Shown here: positions 61,087-64,000 of the stretch, piece by piece
Numbering within the stretch: position 1 is the stretch's first letter
Layout: every line of letters begins with the position of its first letter
NCBI GenBank assembly: GCA_944381365.1
Contig: CALWKW010000002.1
Location: forward strand, 180,719 to 244,718
Direction of reading: 5' to 3'
DNA length: 64,000 nt
Origin: an uncultured Christensenellaceae bacterium
Lineage (GTDB): Bacteria; Bacillota; Clostridia; Christensenellales; UBA3700
Made by a program: the position numbers and the translations under genes
Notes under the pieces: generated by a model
What the model was told of the DNA's origin: nothing
What the model saw: only the letters and a program-made list of their open reading frames with translations
Databases searched by the model: none

Positions 61087-61692
61087 TTAGAATTCTTTTT
61101 TATTATATATTTTCAGTGAAATAAAATAGGAAACAATGATTGACAACAATATAACAAATAAACTAATTATACTTATTATTGCTCCTGATGTTATATTTAT
61201 CTTTTTAAATACAAATTCTGCAATGCCTATCATAAAACATACAGCTATTAATATTATGGCAATAAGAAATATCCTTGATTTTTCAACTCCGAATTTATAA
61301 ATAGCAGGCAAACAACAAGAAATCACTATTATTTGAAACAATATAAGTATTACCAATTCTGCCCAAGAATTTTCTTGTGTTTTGATTAAAGCAAAAGCAA
61401 CTATGCTAAAAAGATTTGCTATAATCCCCACTCCTACTCCTATAACATATTTTTCCAGAACTATTATTTTAGGATTAAGACCACTGGCAGCAACAAATTT
61501 TGGCCAACTGTCTCTTTCTTCATAAGCGAATGTGGTCATAATTATGCTTATTTCACTCACAATTCCCATTGCATATAAATAACTTATATTTTTTAATAAT
61601 ACTGATACGACAAAACAAATGATTACTGTGGCTAAATACCATAAAATCATTTTTTTTGTATTACATAAATCTTTAATCAACAATCCTATCAT
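61087..61692 (-). CDS. ABC-2 transporter permease
   Basis: MIGLLIKD start; KFGVEKSR; about 6 TM; C-terminal YNKKEF. Confidence 0.88.
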   Translation of the reverse strand: MIGLLIKDLCNTKKMILWYLATVIICFVVSVLLKNISYLYAMGIVSEISIIMTTFAYEERDSWPKFVAASGLNPKIIVLEKYVIGVGVGIIANLFSIVAFALIKTQENSWAELVILILFQIIVISCCLPAIYKFGVEKSRIFLIAIILIAVCFMIGIAEFVFKKINITSGAIISIISLFVILLSIIVSYFISLKIYNKKEF

Positions 61693-62534
61693 ATATTTTC
61701 TCCTTTAGAATAAAACAGCATTATATCTTCGAGTTTCACAGGTCTGTATTCAAAATTTGCGGGCATAAGTTTTTTTATTGCCAACAAATCCAAGCCATAA
61801 CTTCTTCTCAGAATTTTTACTATTGCATTCTTGTCCAATTCTTTTAAAATTTTTTCTTCTATGCCATAAACAGCATATTTTTCTAAAATTTTATCTTTTT
61901 CTTCGTCCAATTCTATTTTTCCTTTATGCAAATAAACTATATAATCGCATAATTTTTCCAAATCAGATGTAATGTGCGAAGATATTAACACTGATTTTTT
62001 GCCGTCTTGAATATAATCATACAACATTGATAATATTTCATCTCTCACGACAGGATCAAGTCCGCTTGTAGGTTCGTCAAGAATTAAAACATCATTGTCA
62101 TAAGAAAATGCCACTGCCAAAGCGAGCTGCATTTTCATGCCTTTTGAAAATGACTTGATTGATTGTTTTTTAGGCAAATTAAATTTGTTTACATAACTAT
62201 TAAATTTGTCGCTATGCCAAGTAGAATATATATTTTTTAAAACCTTATCTAATGTATTTATATTTAACTCCAAAGGCAATCCCGTATCATCCAACACAAC
62301 CCCTATTTTTTGTCTTTCTGATTTAGAAAGGGTGTTTATTTCTTTCCCTTTAAAAAAGATTTGTCCGCTGTCCGGATGGATTGCATTTATGATTGACTTA
62401 ATAATTGTACTTTTTCCTGCTCCGTTTTCTCCTACAAGCCCGACCACTACTCCCTCGGGAATACTGAATGAGATGTTTTTCAAATTAAATTCGCTGTATT
62501 GTTTGCATACATTTTTTAATTCAACTATTTTCAT
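61689..62534 (-). CDS. ABC transporter ATP-binding protein (YtrB-like)
   Basis: GENGAGKST, FSKGMKMQ and LDEPTSGLDP motifs; start at MKIVE. Confidence 0.93.
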   Translation of the reverse strand: MKIVELKNVCKQYSEFNLKNISFSIPEGVVVGLVGENGAGKSTIIKSIINAIHPDSGQIFFKGKEINTLSKSERQKIGVVLDDTGLPLELNINTLDKVLKNIYSTWHSDKFNSYVNKFNLPKKQSIKSFSKGMKMQLALAVAFSYDNDVLILDEPTSGLDPVVRDEILSMLYDYIQDGKKSVLISSHITSDLEKLCDYIVYLHKGKIELDEEKDKILEKYAVYGIEEKILKELDKNAIVKILRRSYGLDLLAIKKLMPANFEYRPVKLEDIMLFYSKGENI

Positions 62535-62542
62535 ATTAAATA

Positions 62543-62914
62543 TCAACCTCTGTAAATTAATTTTACGCAATTTATAAATTCTTCTTCGCTAATATTGCAT
62601 CTTTTTGCCAAATCGCTTGCTTTCGATATACATTCTTCCATTTCAGCAAGATTTTTTTCTCTTATAAATTCTTTATTTTTCTCTGCTACAAAACTACCTT
62701 TTCCTACTACAGAATAAATATATCCGTCCCTCTCCAAATCAGCGTATGCCCTTGCCGTTGTAATAACACTTATTCTTAAATCTTTTGCAAGCCCCCTTAT
62801 TGTCGGTAAAGCTTGCCCTTCTTTTAGTGTAGAATCTAAAATCATGTTTTTTATCTGCTCATATATTTGTTCATATAATGACTTATCTGATGTATTTGAT
62901 ATAAATATATTCAT
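62543..62914 (-). CDS. GntR/YtrA-family regulator
   Basis: LYEQI, LPTIRGLA, RAYADLE and GKGSFV motifs; short C-terminus. Confidence 0.94.
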   Translation of the reverse strand: MNIFISNTSDKSLYEQIYEQIKNMILDSTLKEGQALPTIRGLAKDLRISVITTARAYADLERDGYIYSVVGKGSFVAEKNKEFIREKNLAEMEECISKASDLAKRCNISEEEFINCVKLIYRG

Positions 62915-62931
62915 TTTTTCCTCTTTATTGA

Positions 62932-62973
62932 ATTGTATATATTGATTATATACAATATGACATTAAATGTCAA
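62932..62973 (-). promoter_or_regulatory. SigmaA promoter overlapped by a YtrA-type operator
   Basis: TTGACA-N17-TATAAT on minus (62945-62973); ATTGTATAT-N7-ATATACAAT, equal to TGTA-N13-TACA, at 62932-62956. Confidence 0.85.
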
Positions 62974-62998
62974 TAGATTAATAAAAAAATTTTTAGTT

Positions 62999-63035
62999 AA
63001 AAAGACATGACTTTGTCATAAAGTCATGTCTTTTT
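62999..63035. terminator. Bidirectional terminator downstream of the GH13 gene
   Basis: AAAAAGACATGACTTT-GTCAT-AAAGTCATGTCTTTTT. Confidence 0.88.
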
Positions 63036-63070
63036 ATTAATTATATTATATTTATTCTTTTATCATATAG

Positions 63071-63111
63071 TTATTTATATAATTTAAGCCTTAGGTAAAT
63101 TATATAAATAA
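63071..63111 (+). repeat. Dispersed spacer palindrome, copy 6
   Basis: TTATTTATATAATTTA-AGCCTTAGG-TAAATTATATAAATAA; perfect 16-bp arms, compensatory variant. Confidence 0.95.
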
Positions 63112-63115
63112 GGGC

Positions 63116-64000
63116 TCAACTTACGACAAGCAATATTCTTGCCGAGCAAGGGAGTACAAGTATTTCCTCGTCTTTTTGCAAAACACAATCTTCATACAAA
63201 TCTTTGACCACTTTGTCAAGTATATAGGACTTTTGCGTGTCTGAATTGTTGGCGAGCACTTTGATTGTGCCGTATTTTCCTATTCTCTCCATTACCATCA
63301 AGCCGTCAGGATTATATTCGAAGAATGTGTCTCCGCACAATTCGTCAATATGATTTTTTCTTATTTTTCCCAATTTGCGATAATGCTCCAACAAATCATT
63401 GTCGATATTATCCCAATCGAGAGTGCGTCTGCAAAGAGGGTCTTCGTATCCTTCCATACCTTGTTCGTCTCCGTAGAATATAGCAGGCACTCCGGGGAGC
63501 ATGAATTGAAGCGTGCTTGCAAGCATAAGTCTTTTCTTTGCAATATCGTATGTAGCTTTGTCCATTCGAAAATCTCTGCGATATTCCTTGCTTGTGCCGT
63601 GCATATTTACTCCGCTCAATACGCTCAAAGCTCTTGCGGTATCATGCGAATCTATAAGGTTCATAGTGGCAAGAAGAGACTCTTTGGGATAATTTTCCTG
63701 AATTGTCATTACCGTCTTGGCAAAGGCTCCTCTATCCCCTCCCATGGTGTATGAAAGCACTGCTTCTTTGAAGGGATAATTCATCACGCCGTCAAGCTCT
63801 TCGCCCTGAAAATAATGTCTTCTGTAGCCGTAAGCGATTTTGTTTGACGCATCTTCCCATACTTCGCCGATAAGAAGATTGTCTTCGCAATTTTCTTTGA
63901 CTCTATCTCTTATGTCGCATACAAAATCTTCTCTGAGTTCGTCCACGACATCAAGTCTCCAGCCTTTTACGCCCATCTTTGTCCACTTGTCTATTACTCC
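63116..64000 (-). CDS. GH13 neopullulanase/amylopullulanase-like, C-terminal part (runs off window)
   Basis: Catalytic regions GWRLDVVDE, IGEVW and DSHD. Confidence 0.92.
   Translation of the reverse strand, partial: GVIDKWTKMGVKGWRLDVVDELREDFVCDIRDRVKENCEDNLLIGEVWEDASNKIAYGYRRHYFQGEELDGVMNYPFKEAVLSYTMGGDRGAFAKTVMTIQENYPKESLLATMNLIDSHDTARALSVLSGVNMHGTSKEYRRDFRMDKATYDIAKKRLMLASTLQFMLPGVPAIFYGDEQGMEGYEDPLCRRTLDWDNIDNDLLEHYRKLGKIRKNHIDELCGDTFFEYNPDGLMVMERIGKYGTIKVLANNSDTQKSYILDKVVKDLYEDCVLQKDEEILVLPCSARILLVVS

Noticed and set aside
62932-62956. TATACAAT-containing inverted repeat as a seventh palindrome copy
   Set aside because: Arms are in the opposite order (TGTA-N13-TACA), the AGCCTTAGG spacer is missing, and it is explained as the YtrA operator
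10127-63111. The palindrome family as CRISPR repeats, dif or parS
   Set aside because: Copies are kilobases apart with no spacer array or cas genes; the sequence does not match dif or parS (TGTTTCACGTGAAACA); dif is single-copy

Overview
Core chromosomal segment of a low-GC, spore-forming anaerobic Clostridia-like Firmicute (inferred from gpr, rex, ricT, dnaD, whiA, an FeFe-hydrogenase and sigmaG-type promoter). Most genes are on the minus strand. It holds the S10-spc ribosomal protein operon (rpsJ to the secY start), a pyrBCFKDE cluster followed by purine salvage genes, a ferredoxin, rex-greA-yaaO-tmk-holB-ricT-ybaK, dnaD/dnaC-like loaders, tRNA-Thr(GGT), a trimeric HydABC hydrogenase, a frameshifted alkaline phosphatase, rpsT/gpr, tandem ATP- and PPi-type phosphofructokinases, dnaE-whiA-PHP-murB, a YtrA-ABC cassette and a partial GH13. 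No transposase, integrase, CRISPR array or prophage was seen. The main unexplained signals are non-coding. (1) Six intergenic copies of a 39-41 bp element with perfect 15-16 bp AT-rich inverted arms around an asymmetric 9-bp spacer AGYCTTRGG. The arms covary between copies, all six have a terminator-like hairpin 32-91 bp away on the same side of the spacer, and four have an alternating purine-pyrimidine tract beside them. (2) tRNA-Thr is flanked by two tRNA-derived copies carrying the same 100-nt structured insert in the D-loop. (3) Several unannotated sRNA and small-ORF candidates. All coordinates were read by hand and no database searches were run.
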